DNA from: Candidatus Ozemobacteraceae bacterium
GTDB lineage: Bacteria; Muiribacteriota; Ozemobacteria; Ozemobacterales; Ozemobacteraceae
Assembly: GCA_965140445.1 (NCBI GenBank)
Contig: OZ223236.1
Coordinates: 2,816,001-2,880,000 of the forward strand
Length of the DNA stretch: 64,000 nucleotides
Reading direction: 5' to 3'
Shown here: positions 39,487 through 48,598 of the stretch, piece after piece
How positions within the stretch are numbered: the stretch's first letter is position 1
Layout of the letters: each line of letters starts with the position of its first letter
The notes under the pieces: model-generated
Told to the model about the DNA's origin: nothing
Seen by the model: the letters and a program-made list of their open reading frames with translations, nothing else
Database searches by the model: none
Made by a program: the position numbers and the translations under genes

Positions 39487-41282
39487 TTTCGGATACTGTC
39501 TTTTAGACTTAAAAGTTGTTGTCTTCTGCCTGCATCTCTCTCAATTTCGAGTCCAAAATTTATCTGTTGAATAGCATTTCTAAAATCGTGGTTTCTTACA
39601 AAAACCTCTGCAAGAATCAAGCGGGCTTCACCATTGTTCGGATTCGCTCTAAGAGCACTATTGGCATCGCTTTCAGCACGAAGAAAATCATTGTTCTTTA
39701 GATAAACTCCTGCAGAAAGGGATAATGCCTGGCTGCTATTTGGATTAATTCTTAAGGCTTGGTCCAGATATCTTCTTGATTCAGAAAAGTTTTCTTCAAA
39801 GAGGAAAATCTTTGCCAGAGAAAAATTAACTTCCATTATGTTCGGGTTAAGTCTAAGAGCATTTTTAAGGAAGGATTTGGCATCTTCAATTTGCCCTTCT
39901 TTTGCTAGCTCAAGTCCAGCCTGATACTGAAGCTTCAGATCATTTGGATTCATTAGAGCCCTCTTTTTAAGCTTCTCAGCCGCAGTCAGGTTCTTTAATG
40001 ATTTTGGATCTGGTTCTTTTCTAGTGGCAGCTATTTTAGCCTGGCGGTCTCGTTCACGATCCATGGCCAGCATTGACATGTATTCGCTATAAGCCTGATC
40101 CATGTTTTCAAGAAGTCTACATTCTCTAATTATTCTTTTGCCATCGGTTTCAAGGTGGCTGCCTTTAAGCTTTGGAAGCATTTGTTCTACTTGTTCCCTG
40201 GCAAGCTTATACTCTCCATTAACATAGCTAATAAAAGAATTAAAAAATGCGCGTTCCAATTTATCTGGGTTTTGCGCCATCTCTTTCTCTATTTGCCTTA
40301 AGGTTCCTTTATCATCTCGTCCCAGGAGGGTTCGGTCCATGGTTAGTGCAGAACGGATAAATTTATAGGCCAGATCCAGTTTCCCGTCTTCTTTGGCATC
40401 AATGGCAGCTTCAAAAAAGATATGTGGAAGAAGTGGATTCAGCTTATGGTATTTTTCTAATTCAGCAAGAGCCATTTCCATATTTTTCATGCGCTTAAGT
40501 ATCTTGTAAGTGTAGAAATATGGGGTGGAGTTCTCTGGCATGATCTGTATACATTTTCTGAACCTTTTTAAAGATTCTTTAAAATCACCGGTTTCAAATA
40601 ATAAAACCCCAAGCCAGAAATTATATTGGTAGTTTCCGGAATGAAATTTATCTGCCACGTCTGTAAGCTTATCTAAGCCTTTGGTTTTGCCTGTATCTTT
40701 TAGAATTTTAACCAGGGAAATGAATCCTTCCGGGGATTCTGGATACAATCTGGCAAGTTCTTTGGCATATTTAAAGGCTGTTTTTGTATCATTTTCAAAA
40801 CCAGAAGTTCGTGCCAATCCCTCATAGACCGATCTTTTCATTTTTGGAGGAAGGTCGGCTTTTAAGACGTCTTCGTACAATTGACGAGCAACTTTAATTC
40901 TGCCTGTTGTTTCATAAATGTAGGCTAGAGAATAACCAATTTCCGGGACTTTTCTGATGCTAAGACAATTTTCAAAAGCAATAATGGCTTTATCAAATTC
41001 CTTGATTGCTGAATATGAATATCCAAGTAGCTTTTGTTGCTCATAGTTATTTTTGTCACTGTCTGACTCAAGAAGATCGATCACTTTTGAATAGTTCTTC
41101 TTTTCGAATTCAGCAGAGGCGTCTTTTAAATCAGTTTTTTGATTTTGTGAATTCTCTTTTGTCTGGTGGGTCTTGATTTTTGCAGGGTTATGGCCCTTTT
41201 TGTTTGCAAAAGGGTTAAACAAAAAGATCCCGAGTGCTAATACGATTACTAGTAATATTACAGGTAGCTTAAGTCCATCCAT
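39483..41282 (-). CDS. Membrane-anchored TPR protein
   Basis: N-terminal TM; repeated TPR helices ('ALRLNPN', 'ALRINPN', 'ALRANPN'). Confidence 0.85.
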   Translation of the reverse strand: MDGLKLPVILLVIVLALGIFLFNPFANKKGHNPAKIKTHQTKENSQNQKTDLKDASAEFEKKNYSKVIDLLESDSDKNNYEQQKLLGYSYSAIKEFDKAIIAFENCLSIRKVPEIGYSLAYIYETTGRIKVARQLYEDVLKADLPPKMKRSVYEGLARTSGFENDTKTAFKYAKELARLYPESPEGFISLVKILKDTGKTKGLDKLTDVADKFHSGNYQYNFWLGVLLFETGDFKESLKRFRKCIQIMPENSTPYFYTYKILKRMKNMEMALAELEKYHKLNPLLPHIFFEAAIDAKEDGKLDLAYKFIRSALTMDRTLLGRDDKGTLRQIEKEMAQNPDKLERAFFNSFISYVNGEYKLAREQVEQMLPKLKGSHLETDGKRIIRECRLLENMDQAYSEYMSMLAMDRERDRQAKIAATRKEPDPKSLKNLTAAEKLKKRALMNPNDLKLQYQAGLELAKEGQIEDAKSFLKNALRLNPNIMEVNFSLAKIFLFEENFSESRRYLDQALRINPNSSQALSLSAGVYLKNNDFLRAESDANSALRANPNNGEARLILAEVFVRNHDFRNAIQQINFGLEIERDAGRRQQLLSLKDSIRN

Positions 41283-41335
41283 AAATAAAATATACCACAG
41301 GCCTTAAAATTTTCAAAATAGGTTAGAAAGACCGT

Positions 41336-41362
41336 TAAGAATGATTAAATCTTCGCCGATAA
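41336..41362 (+). promoter_or_regulatory. Putative sigma28-type promoter
   Basis: TAAG-N15-GCCGATAA (perfect -10). Confidence 0.6.
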
Positions 41363-41391
41363 TTTAGCAAATGGAAATTTCAGGAGTCAAA

Positions 41392-41778
41392 ATGAAGGTA
41401 GAATTTAAGGTTAGAGAAGATGATAGCCGCGATATTCCTAATGAAGTAAAGGAAATGGCAAAGATTGACGGAGAAAATGAAATTTCAATTGATATTGGAC
41501 AAGTATTAGCCGCCAATCAGGCTTTGTTAAAAAATATGGCTAGAAAAATGGATCAAATGGAGAAAAAGCTTTCAAGCATGGAAGTTGAATATAACAAGCA
41601 GCGTATTCTGCTTGAAGCATCCAGAAAAGAAACCTTAATGATTAGTGCTCCAGTTAAAGAAATTAAGCCATGGGAACCAGAGTATCAGGAACTTTCTGAG
41701 GACTATTTTAAAAAGTTTTCAGCGTTTGATCGAATTTTTAAACCCTGGAAGCTTAGAAGAAAAGATTTAAGTAATTAA
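41392..41778 (+). CDS. Hypothetical coiled-coil protein
   Basis: AGGAG RBS before ATG 41392; heptad segment; amphipathic C-terminus. Confidence 0.7.
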   Translation: MKVEFKVREDDSRDIPNEVKEMAKIDGENEISIDIGQVLAANQALLKNMARKMDQMEKKLSSMEVEYNKQRILLEASRKETLMISAPVKEIKPWEPEYQELSEDYFKKFSAFDRIFKPWKLRRKDLSN

Positions 41779-41820
41779 AAAAAAAGCCGCTTTCTCAAAA
41801 AAGAGAAAGCGGCTTTTTTT
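41777..41820. terminator. Bidirectional intrinsic terminator
   Basis: A9-gccgctttctc-aaaaaa-gagaaagcggc-T7. Confidence 0.92.
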
Positions 41821-41825
41821 GTTAA

Positions 41826-41951
41826 CTATTCGTCGTCGATAACAACGATATCTCTAAATTTTTCCAGATCCAGTGTGCCTTCCTGGAATGCAAGATAGTG
41901 TTTGCATGTCTCACATTTTGATTGTTCAAAAACTTCCCAGCAGTATGCCAT
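41826..41951 (-). CDS. Unannotated 41-aa Cys-containing small protein MAYCWEVFEQSKCETCKHYLAFQEGTLDLEKFRDIVVIDDE
   Basis: AAGGAG 7 nt before ATG; sits between the TPR gene stop and the terminator. Confidence 0.75.
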   Translation of the reverse strand: MAYCWEVFEQSKCETCKHYLAFQEGTLDLEKFRDIVVIDDE

Positions 41952-41968
41952 AGTATAACTCCTTAAAT

Positions 41969-42301
41969 TCAGGCAGCTTTTGAATAACAGGCATCAAATC
42001 CGAAATCTAAAACCGTTTCTCGCGATTCATCGTTCAGGTCAAAAGCCTCAATAAGCTCAAATTTAAAGCGCTCTTCCAACCATATGGCTCGTTTCCAAGC
42101 ACGAATAGCTTGTTCAATATCGCCCTTGGTTGCTAACGCAATGCCAAGGTTATATTGGGCCTGAGCGTTCTTTGGCCATGCTTTAAGACTCCTGATATAG
42201 GAGGCTATAGCTTTGGCAGACTTTCCATCCGCCTCATGAGCCAGAGCTTCTTCAAATAATCGCTGCCCTTGATTTTTTTTCCAGTATTTATCTGATTGCA
42301 T
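41969..42301 (-). CDS. Small TPR protein
   Basis: 'AQYNLGIALATKGDIEQAIRAWKRAI'. Confidence 0.8.
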   Translation of the reverse strand: MQSDKYWKKNQGQRLFEEALAHEADGKSAKAIASYIRSLKAWPKNAQAQYNLGIALATKGDIEQAIRAWKRAIWLEERFKFELIEAFDLNDESRETVLDFGFDACYSKAA

Positions 42302-42310
42302 ACTGATTAG

Positions 42311-42337
42311 TTATCGGCATGATTCAGAATTTACTGA
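42311..42337 (-). promoter_or_regulatory. Putative sigma28-type promoter (near-leaderless)
   Basis: TCAG-N15-GCCGATAA ending 9 nt before the ATG; no SD. Confidence 0.5.
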
Positions 42338-42494
42338 AGCAAGTATAGTCTAGCATATTTAGATAAAAAAAGAAAGCAAAGCCAATGCTCTGTATGCACA
42401 AAACATTTGTCTCAATCCTTTATTTGTAATACATTATGATCAAACTTTTTTGCATGGAATTTTTTGTTTCTGTGTATGTAACAGGAGAAAAATA

Positions 42495-43025
42495 ATGATT
42501 AAAAAATATTTGGATTTCAATCCTGAAGTTCCGGATAGCTGCTATATAGCTGATAGTGCTGAACTTATCGGAAGAGTAAAACTTGGAGAAAACGTTTCAA
42601 TTTGGCCTGGTTGCACCCTTAGAGGTGATATTCATTTCATTGAAATCGGTGAGAATACTAATATTCAGGAATTAACATGTATACACGTAGAGTTCCCACC
42701 AGAAGCCGATTCTGAAAGAGGCTGCACTAAAATAGGTAAAAATGTAACTGTGGGTCACCGGGCTTTGATCCATGGCTGTATCATTGAAGACAATTGCTTA
42801 ATTGGTATGGGTGCAATAATTTTAAATGGGGCGGTTATCGGTGAAGGCTCTATCGTAGGAGCGGGGGCCCTGGTTAAGGAAAACATGATTGTACCCCCAA
42901 ACTCACTTGTTGTTGGGCTTCCAGGGGTAGTAAAAGCTCAGCTTGCTCCAGAAAAGAAGGCAATAATTGCTAATTCAGCAAAAAAATATGTAGAGCTTGG
43001 AAAATTGCATAAAGCTAATCAGTAG
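42495..43025 (+). CDS. Gamma-carbonic anhydrase family protein (YrdA/PaaY-like)
   Basis: Hexapeptide repeats; 'LRGD', 'NIQE..CIH', 'GHRALIHGC'; AGGAG RBS. Confidence 0.9.
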   Translation: MIKKYLDFNPEVPDSCYIADSAELIGRVKLGENVSIWPGCTLRGDIHFIEIGENTNIQELTCIHVEFPPEADSERGCTKIGKNVTVGHRALIHGCIIEDNCLIGMGAIILNGAVIGEGSIVGAGALVKENMIVPPNSLVVGLPGVVKAQLAPEKKAIIANSAKKYVELGKLHKANQ

Positions 43026-43614
43026 AAATTAATCTTATGGCCAGGTTATTTCCGGTGGGGCAAACAGTAAGGCATTCTCCACAGCCGGTACATGCCTCTG
43101 GAATAATTTCTGGCGCTACTCCTGAGTTATCGGTGGTTTTTTTGCCCTCTTTGATGGCCTGATAGGTTTGTTGACAAACTTGATAGCATTGGTTGCATTC
43201 ATTTCCACTGGTTAAGATGCATTTGTCTGTAATTATTTCGGCTATGGCGATTCTAAGGGGCTTTTTAAGATTTTTTTGCGATAGGGCGCCTGTTTTACAG
43301 GCCTCTATGCAAGGGAAATCCTTGCAAAAGTGGCAAAAGGCTCTTCCCTGTCTTAGCGATGGAGTATTGCTGAAAAACTCATTATTAATATGTGTTGGTT
43401 CAATTGCAAAATAGGGGCATGCTCTGACGCAGTCCAGGCATTTTGAACATCTGGAAAGAAAATCATCTTCTGATCCCGCTCCTGGTGGTCTTATCAGTTC
43501 TGGAAACAGTTTCTCAAGCTTGCTGAATTCTTCTTCAAACACATCATTTAAGAATCCGGATATGGAATTTAAACATCCTGAGAAAAAATCTTTGCGGGAA
43601 TATTTTTTAGTCAT
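43015..43614 (-). CDS. NapG/MauM/NapF-type multi-[4Fe-4S] ferredoxin
   Basis: 'IRPPGA', CxxCxxCxxxCP motifs, 'CHFCKDFPC..AC'. Confidence 0.85.
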   Translation of the reverse strand: MTKKYSRKDFFSGCLNSISGFLNDVFEEEFSKLEKLFPELIRPPGAGSEDDFLSRCSKCLDCVRACPYFAIEPTHINNEFFSNTPSLRQGRAFCHFCKDFPCIEACKTGALSQKNLKKPLRIAIAEIITDKCILTSGNECNQCYQVCQQTYQAIKEGKKTTDNSGVAPEIIPEACTGCGECLTVCPTGNNLAIRLISTD

Positions 43615-43619
43615 ATTTG

Positions 43620-44810
43620 TTACAGAAGAGTAAATACTCTTAAATTATCCTTTTTCTTTACAGTTTTACCAGCGGGAACAAAAACCAGTGCTTCACTATA
43701 TTGAAGGCTTCCTATGAGACCTGAACCACTTTTTTTGAATTGAGAACCATAAATTGTGCCGTTTTCAATTGAGAGATTAAAGCGCAAAAATCTATCCCTG
43801 ATTGGATCTGGGGATATATCTTCATTGGATAAAACCTGATTTAGCATGGGAGTAAAATCAGTAGCAAAAAGTTTTTGGACTGCCGGTAGAACAAAAGCCA
43901 TAAAACAAACAAAAACAGCGACTGGATTTCCTGGTAATACGAACACAGGTTTGTCATTTAAAAGGCCGAATGCCGTTGGGCGCCCGGGTTTTATATCTAC
44001 CCGATCAAAAAAGAGGCTAGCATTTAGCTTATTTAGAACGGGGCGAACCAGATCCATTTCACTGTTGCTGGCTCCACCACAGGCAATTAAGATGTCAGAA
44101 GCTTTTGATAAATCTGGAATAGCTTTACAAAAACTGGCCTCATCATCTGGAATATGAATTGAACTTGATACTTCGAGGCCATATTTAGTTGCCAGTGAAT
44201 GAATAATTTGTGAATCGCATTCAAAGCGTTGTGAACTGCAGGAAATATTTTCGCCTGGAGCTATAAGTTCAGATCCTGAAGTTAGTATAGAAATTTTAGG
44301 TTTTCTAAATACTGGAACAAGATGTTTTCCAATTGAGGCAAGTCTTGTAACGTCAGCGGGTTTAAGCCTTGTTCCCTTTTTTACAGCTAAATTTCCACTT
44401 TTAATATCTTCTCCTGCCTTGCGAATATTTTCGCCAGCAAAAAATTGTCTGGAAAGCATAATTTTTCCATCAGTTACAGTGCAAAACTCTTCTGGGCATA
44501 CGGTAACGCAATTCTCAGGAATACAACGGCCTGTAAGAACTCGTTGATAGGATTCTGCCGTTAAAGCGCCGACAGGGCAGTTCTGATAGCCGGTTAATGG
44601 GTTTCCCGCATCAGAAAGGGCATAACCATCGACTGCTGAAATGTCTCGCTGTGGAATAGAAATATCGGAAACAATATCCTGCGCCAGATACCTGTCATAG
44701 GACTCGTTAATATGAACTTTCTCATTATGGAATTCTGAGAAGTTTTGTGTGATTATTTCTATAGCTTTTTGATAAGCCACTTTTATCAGTTTATTTTTTG
44801 AATTATTCAT
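43620..44810 (-). CDS. moeA: Molybdopterin molybdenumtransferase
   Basis: 'SAVDGYA', 'ENIRKAGED', 'SGSEL', 'IKPGRP', 'LPGNP'. Confidence 0.9.
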   Translation of the reverse strand: MNNSKNKLIKVAYQKAIEIITQNFSEFHNEKVHINESYDRYLAQDIVSDISIPQRDISAVDGYALSDAGNPLTGYQNCPVGALTAESYQRVLTGRCIPENCVTVCPEEFCTVTDGKIMLSRQFFAGENIRKAGEDIKSGNLAVKKGTRLKPADVTRLASIGKHLVPVFRKPKISILTSGSELIAPGENISCSSQRFECDSQIIHSLATKYGLEVSSSIHIPDDEASFCKAIPDLSKASDILIACGGASNSEMDLVRPVLNKLNASLFFDRVDIKPGRPTAFGLLNDKPVFVLPGNPVAVFVCFMAFVLPAVQKLFATDFTPMLNQVLSNEDISPDPIRDRFLRFNLSIENGTIYGSQFKKSGSGLIGSLQYSEALVFVPAGKTVKKKDNLRVFTLL

Positions 44811-44915
44811 TTTATAACTGGAAAAAAAAGTTTATTTGGATAAATCCTTATTGATTTTGTATTTTCAGGATAGAATTTTAGCGATTGCTATGCAAGAAAA
44901 AGAAAGGAAGCAGAA

Positions 44916-46124
44916 ATGAAAGCAACTCCAAGAGGGATTAGGCCTCACATTGCTCTATTTGGGCGAAGAAACGTGGGAAAATCTTCTCTAATCAACGCAC
45001 TAACAGATCAGGAAATCGCTCTGGTTTCTGACACCGCAGGAACCACAACTGACCCGGTTTTTAAAAATATGGAATTACTTCCTCTTGGTCCGGTTGTTTT
45101 GATTGATACCGCAGGTTTAGACGATGTTGGAACTTTAGGACAAATGCGAATAGAGGCATCAAGAAAGGTTTTAAAGAAAACTGATTTAGCATTGGTGGTT
45201 CTTGAGCCTGCAGAAAAGCTTGATGCTGTTGAAATAGAACTTTTAGAAAGTTTAAAGCATGGAAAAACCCAGTTTTTAGTGATTATTAATAAATGCGAAG
45301 ATAAGGCTGCACCCGAAAGTTTACTTAAAGAAATAGAAAGTTACGGCGTAAAAGGAATTCAGGTCAGTGCCAAATTAAATCAGGGCATTAAAGAGCTTAA
45401 GAGAAATAGTATTCAGGGAAAACTAAAGGATTTTGACGCGGGAACGATTATTGGCGATCTGGTTCAGCCTGGGCAGGTAGTAGTTCTTGTGGTTCCAATA
45501 GATTTGGCTGCCCCTAAGGGAAGATTGATTTTGCCTCAGGTTCAGACTATCAGAGATTTACTTGATACAGATTGCATTGCAATTGTGGCAAAAGAAAGAG
45601 AGCTTCGTTCGGCTTTAGACTCTCTTAAAGCTCCACCGGATCTCGTTATTACTGATTCCCAGGCTTTTTTAAAGGTTGCTGGTGATGTTCCTCCGGGAGT
45701 TCCCTTTACCAGTTTTTCTGTGCTATTTGCTCGATATAAAGGCGATCTTAGCGCATATTTGCATGGAATAAGCGTTCTTAAGAACATGAAAGAAGATGGA
45801 AAGATTCTAATTGCGGAGTCTTGCACTCACCATCAGATGGCCGATGATATTGGAAGAGTTAAAATTCCAAGATGGTTAAGGCAGAATTATGGTGGAAAGG
45901 TCCAATTTGAGTTCTGTCAGGGAAGTAATTTTCCTGATAATTTGAGCGAATACGACCTTGTGGTTCAATGTGGCGGTTGTATGGTCAATCGTCGAGAAAT
46001 TCTTAACAGAATTGCCGTATGTCAGGAAGCAGGAATTGGAATTACTAATTATGGAATTCTAATTGCTCATCTTCATGGAGTATTAGAAGAAGCTATTAAG
46101 CCTTTCGGTCTGGAAATTAAGTAA
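44916..46124 (+). CDS. hydF: [FeFe]-hydrogenase maturation GTPase
   Basis: 'GRRNVGKSS', 'GTTTDP', 'APKGRLILPQVQ', 'CTHH', 'CGGC'. Confidence 0.95.
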   Translation: MKATPRGIRPHIALFGRRNVGKSSLINALTDQEIALVSDTAGTTTDPVFKNMELLPLGPVVLIDTAGLDDVGTLGQMRIEASRKVLKKTDLALVVLEPAEKLDAVEIELLESLKHGKTQFLVIINKCEDKAAPESLLKEIESYGVKGIQVSAKLNQGIKELKRNSIQGKLKDFDAGTIIGDLVQPGQVVVLVVPIDLAAPKGRLILPQVQTIRDLLDTDCIAIVAKERELRSALDSLKAPPDLVITDSQAFLKVAGDVPPGVPFTSFSVLFARYKGDLSAYLHGISVLKNMKEDGKILIAESCTHHQMADDIGRVKIPRWLRQNYGGKVQFEFCQGSNFPDNLSEYDLVVQCGGCMVNRREILNRIAVCQEAGIGITNYGILIAHLHGVLEEAIKPFGLEIK

Positions 46125-46147
46125 ACGATAGCTCATCAATCTTGCAG

Positions 46148-46187
46148 AAAAAAACAGCCCATACGATTTTGTATGGGCTGTTTTTTT
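46148..46187. terminator. Bidirectional intrinsic terminator
   Basis: A7-cagcccatac-gatttt-gtatgggctg-T7. Confidence 0.9.
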
Positions 46188-46189
46188 GT

Positions 46190-47200
46190 TTATTCAGGTG
46201 AGGTGTAGCTTCCCCATCGGATTGGCATTACACCGTAGGTAAGACCGCCACCGAAGCCAACCAATAATACCAGGTCGCCTTGCTGGATTCTTCCTTCCTG
46301 TAAGGCTTCATGAAGTGCCATTGGAATAGATGCGGCAACAGTGTTTCCATATTTATTTATATTCACAAAGAATTTTTCAATTGGACATTTAAAACGCTTT
46401 GCGGCAGATTCGATAATTCGGATATTGGCCTGGTGAGGGATAATAAGCTTTACATCATCAAGAGTAAGGTTGTTTCTGGTCAAAACTTCATCAATTATGT
46501 CACCAACAATTTTGGTTGAAAATTTAAAGACTTCTTTACCGTTAATGCTCATAAAGTGCTCTTTATTATCTATTGCTTCGTGAGTTATGCGGTGTCTTGA
46601 ACCGGTGCTTTTTATGGCAATATAATCTGCTCCACTACCAATGGAACCAAGTAAACAGTCAAAAGCACCTTCTTCGTCTTTTGCAGGACCGAAAACCACT
46701 GCTCCAACACCGTCTCCAAATAGAACGCAGGTGTTTCTATCTTCAAAGTCCAGGATACGGGTTGTAACATCGCCGCCAATAACCAAAACGTGCTCATATG
46801 CGCCTGAAGCAATAAATTGAGCAGCAACGGATGATGCATACACAAAACCGGTGCAGGCTGCTTCAAGATCAAATGCCGCAGCATTAATACAACCAAGTTT
46901 ATCCTGTAGAATGCAAGCACTTGGAGGAACCTGATAATCCGGGGTAAAGGTTGCAAATATTATTAAATTTATATCTTCTGGAGCCACTCCAGAATTTTTT
47001 ATTGCTTGTTGCGCAGCTGGAACTGTCAAGTCAATGAGGTTTTTGTCATCTGCAATTTTGTGTCGGTTTTTTATTCCAGTTCTGGACGTTATCCATTCGT
47101 CAGAGGTATTTACAATTTTAGCAAGATCATCGTTGCTTAAAACCTGTTCTGGCAAGTTCATTCCTGTTCCGATAATCGTGGCGCGTCTAAGCTGTTTCAT
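46190..47200 (-). CDS. fabH: 3-oxoacyl-ACP synthase III, copy 1
   Basis: Catalytic triad 'AACTGF', 'PHQAN', 'GNT'; AAGGAG RBS before ATG 47200. Confidence 0.95.
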   Translation of the reverse strand: MKQLRRATIIGTGMNLPEQVLSNDDLAKIVNTSDEWITSRTGIKNRHKIADDKNLIDLTVPAAQQAIKNSGVAPEDINLIIFATFTPDYQVPPSACILQDKLGCINAAAFDLEAACTGFVYASSVAAQFIASGAYEHVLVIGGDVTTRILDFEDRNTCVLFGDGVGAVVFGPAKDEEGAFDCLLGSIGSGADYIAIKSTGSRHRITHEAIDNKEHFMSINGKEVFKFSTKIVGDIIDEVLTRNNLTLDDVKLIIPHQANIRIIESAAKRFKCPIEKFFVNINKYGNTVAASIPMALHEALQEGRIQQGDLVLLVGFGGGLTYGVMPIRWGSYTSPE

Positions 47201-47228
47201 GTTGCTCCTTCTTAAATGAAGTTGGCAA

Positions 47229-47258
47229 ATAATACACAATGTAGGAATTCCAAGTCAA
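47229..47258 (-). promoter_or_regulatory. sigma70-type promoter of fabH copy 1
   Basis: TTGACT-N18-TATTAT; identical in copy 2. Confidence 0.6.
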
Positions 47259-47420
47259 GGAACCTTTACTTCTCGGAGCCTACACAGGGTTTTGATCTCT
47301 TATATCTTGAAATAGCTGCCCGTAATTAGTCCACTTTGTTGAAAAAAAATCTAAGATTCTTTGGAAATGCTAAGAGTTTTTGCAAAAAACAGAATCGCTG
47401 AGTGTAGAGAAATGGCTCTT

Positions 47421-47481
47421 TTGCCAATAATTTGCCAATAGCATGTCAATAACTCGCCAATAGCTTATCAGTAATTTGCAT
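47421..47481. repeat. Array of five degenerate 11-bp direct repeats plus a partial sixth
   Basis: ttgccaataat/ttgccaatagc/atgtcaataac/tcgccaatagc/ttatcagtaat/ttgcat. Confidence 0.75.
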
Positions 47482-47515
47482 AAAAAAAACAGCCCTCGCA
47501 ATTTGCTAAGGGCTG
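47482..47515 (-). terminator. Intrinsic terminator of fabH copy 2
   Basis: cagccct...agggctg with T8 on the minus strand. Confidence 0.8.
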
Positions 47516-47529
47516 CATTTGTTTAAAAT

Positions 47530-48540
47530 CTATTCAGGCGAAGTGTAACTACCCCAGCGGATCGGCATTACACCATATGTTAAACCACCGCCGAAACCTA
47601 TGATCAAAATCAAGTCTCCTTCCTTGATTCTGCCTTCCAGTAATGCTTCATGAAGAGCAATTGGGATAGAGGCGGCAACAGTGTTTCCATATTTGTGGAT
47701 ATTGACGAAGAATTTTTCAATTGGACAGTTAAAGCGCTTTGCAGCGGATTCGATAATTCGAATATTCGCCTGGTGAGGAACAATAAGTTTAACATCATCA
47801 AGAGTGAGGTTGTTTCGGGTTAAAACTTCCTCAATTATGTCGCCAACAATTTTGGTTGAGAATTTAAAAACTTCTTTCCCGTTGATACTTACAAACTGCT
47901 CTCTTTTATCAAGACCCTCGTGGGTTGGGCGATATCTTGATCCACCACATTTTATTGAGATATATTCAGCACCACTACCAATGGCACCAAGTAAACAATC
48001 AATTGCGCCTTCATCATTTTTTGCAGGTCCAAAAACCGCTGCTCCAACGCCGTCGCCAAAAAGAACGCAGGTATTTCTGTCTTCAAAGTCCAGAACGCGA
48101 GTTGCAACATCACCGCCAACGACAAGAACATGGTCATAAGTTCCCGTTACGATAAACTGTGTAGCGACAGAGGAAGCATATACAAAGCCTGTGCATGCTG
48201 CTTCCAGATCGAAGGCCGCAGCTTTTGTGCAGCCAAGTTCATTCTGAAGAATACAGGCGCTTGATGGAAATTGAAAATCGGGAGTAAAGGTTGCAAATAC
48301 TATTAAATCTATATCTTCTGGGGTTAATCCAGCGTTTTTTATTGCCTGTTTTGCAGCTGGAATTGTTAAATCCATGAGACTTTTATCGTCTTCTATTTTG
48401 TGACGGTTTTTAATTCCAGTTCTGGTGGTTATCCATTCGTCAGAGGTGTCTACTATTTTGACAAGATCATCGTTACTTAAAACCTGATCTGGCAGGTTCA
48501 TTCCGGTGCCGATAATCGAAGCGCGTCTTAGCTGTTTCAT
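47530..48540 (-). CDS. fabH: 3-oxoacyl-ACP synthase III, copy 2
   Basis: Same triad; tandem duplicate offset by 1340 nt. Confidence 0.95.
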   Translation of the reverse strand: MKQLRRASIIGTGMNLPDQVLSNDDLVKIVDTSDEWITTRTGIKNRHKIEDDKSLMDLTIPAAKQAIKNAGLTPEDIDLIVFATFTPDFQFPSSACILQNELGCTKAAAFDLEAACTGFVYASSVATQFIVTGTYDHVLVVGGDVATRVLDFEDRNTCVLFGDGVGAAVFGPAKNDEGAIDCLLGAIGSGAEYISIKCGGSRYRPTHEGLDKREQFVSINGKEVFKFSTKIVGDIIEEVLTRNNLTLDDVKLIVPHQANIRIIESAAKRFNCPIEKFFVNIHKYGNTVAASIPIALHEALLEGRIKEGDLILIIGFGGGLTYGVMPIRWGSYTSPE

Positions 48541-48568
48541 GTTGCTCCTTCTAAAATGAAGTTGGCAA

Positions 48569-48598
48569 ATAATACACAATGTAGGAATTCCAAGTCAA
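48569..48598 (-). promoter_or_regulatory. sigma70-type promoter of fabH copy 2
   Basis: TTGACT-N18-TATTAT. Confidence 0.6.

Noticed and set aside
47201..47239. 'MCIICQLH' Cys-rich N-terminal extension on both FabH ORFs (also 48541-48579)
   Set aside because: Overlaps the -10 box and AAGGAG RBS; the true start is MKQLRR, and the conservation reflects the promoter.
47421..47481. Possible mini-CRISPR
   Set aside because: Units are 11 bp and contiguous, with no spacers and no cas genes.
6020..47515. Hairpins sharing cagccc/gggctg arms (6020, 17789, 46148, 47482) as a REP/MITE family
   Set aside because: Inner stems and loops differ and all sit at gene ends with T-tracts; best read as ordinary terminators.
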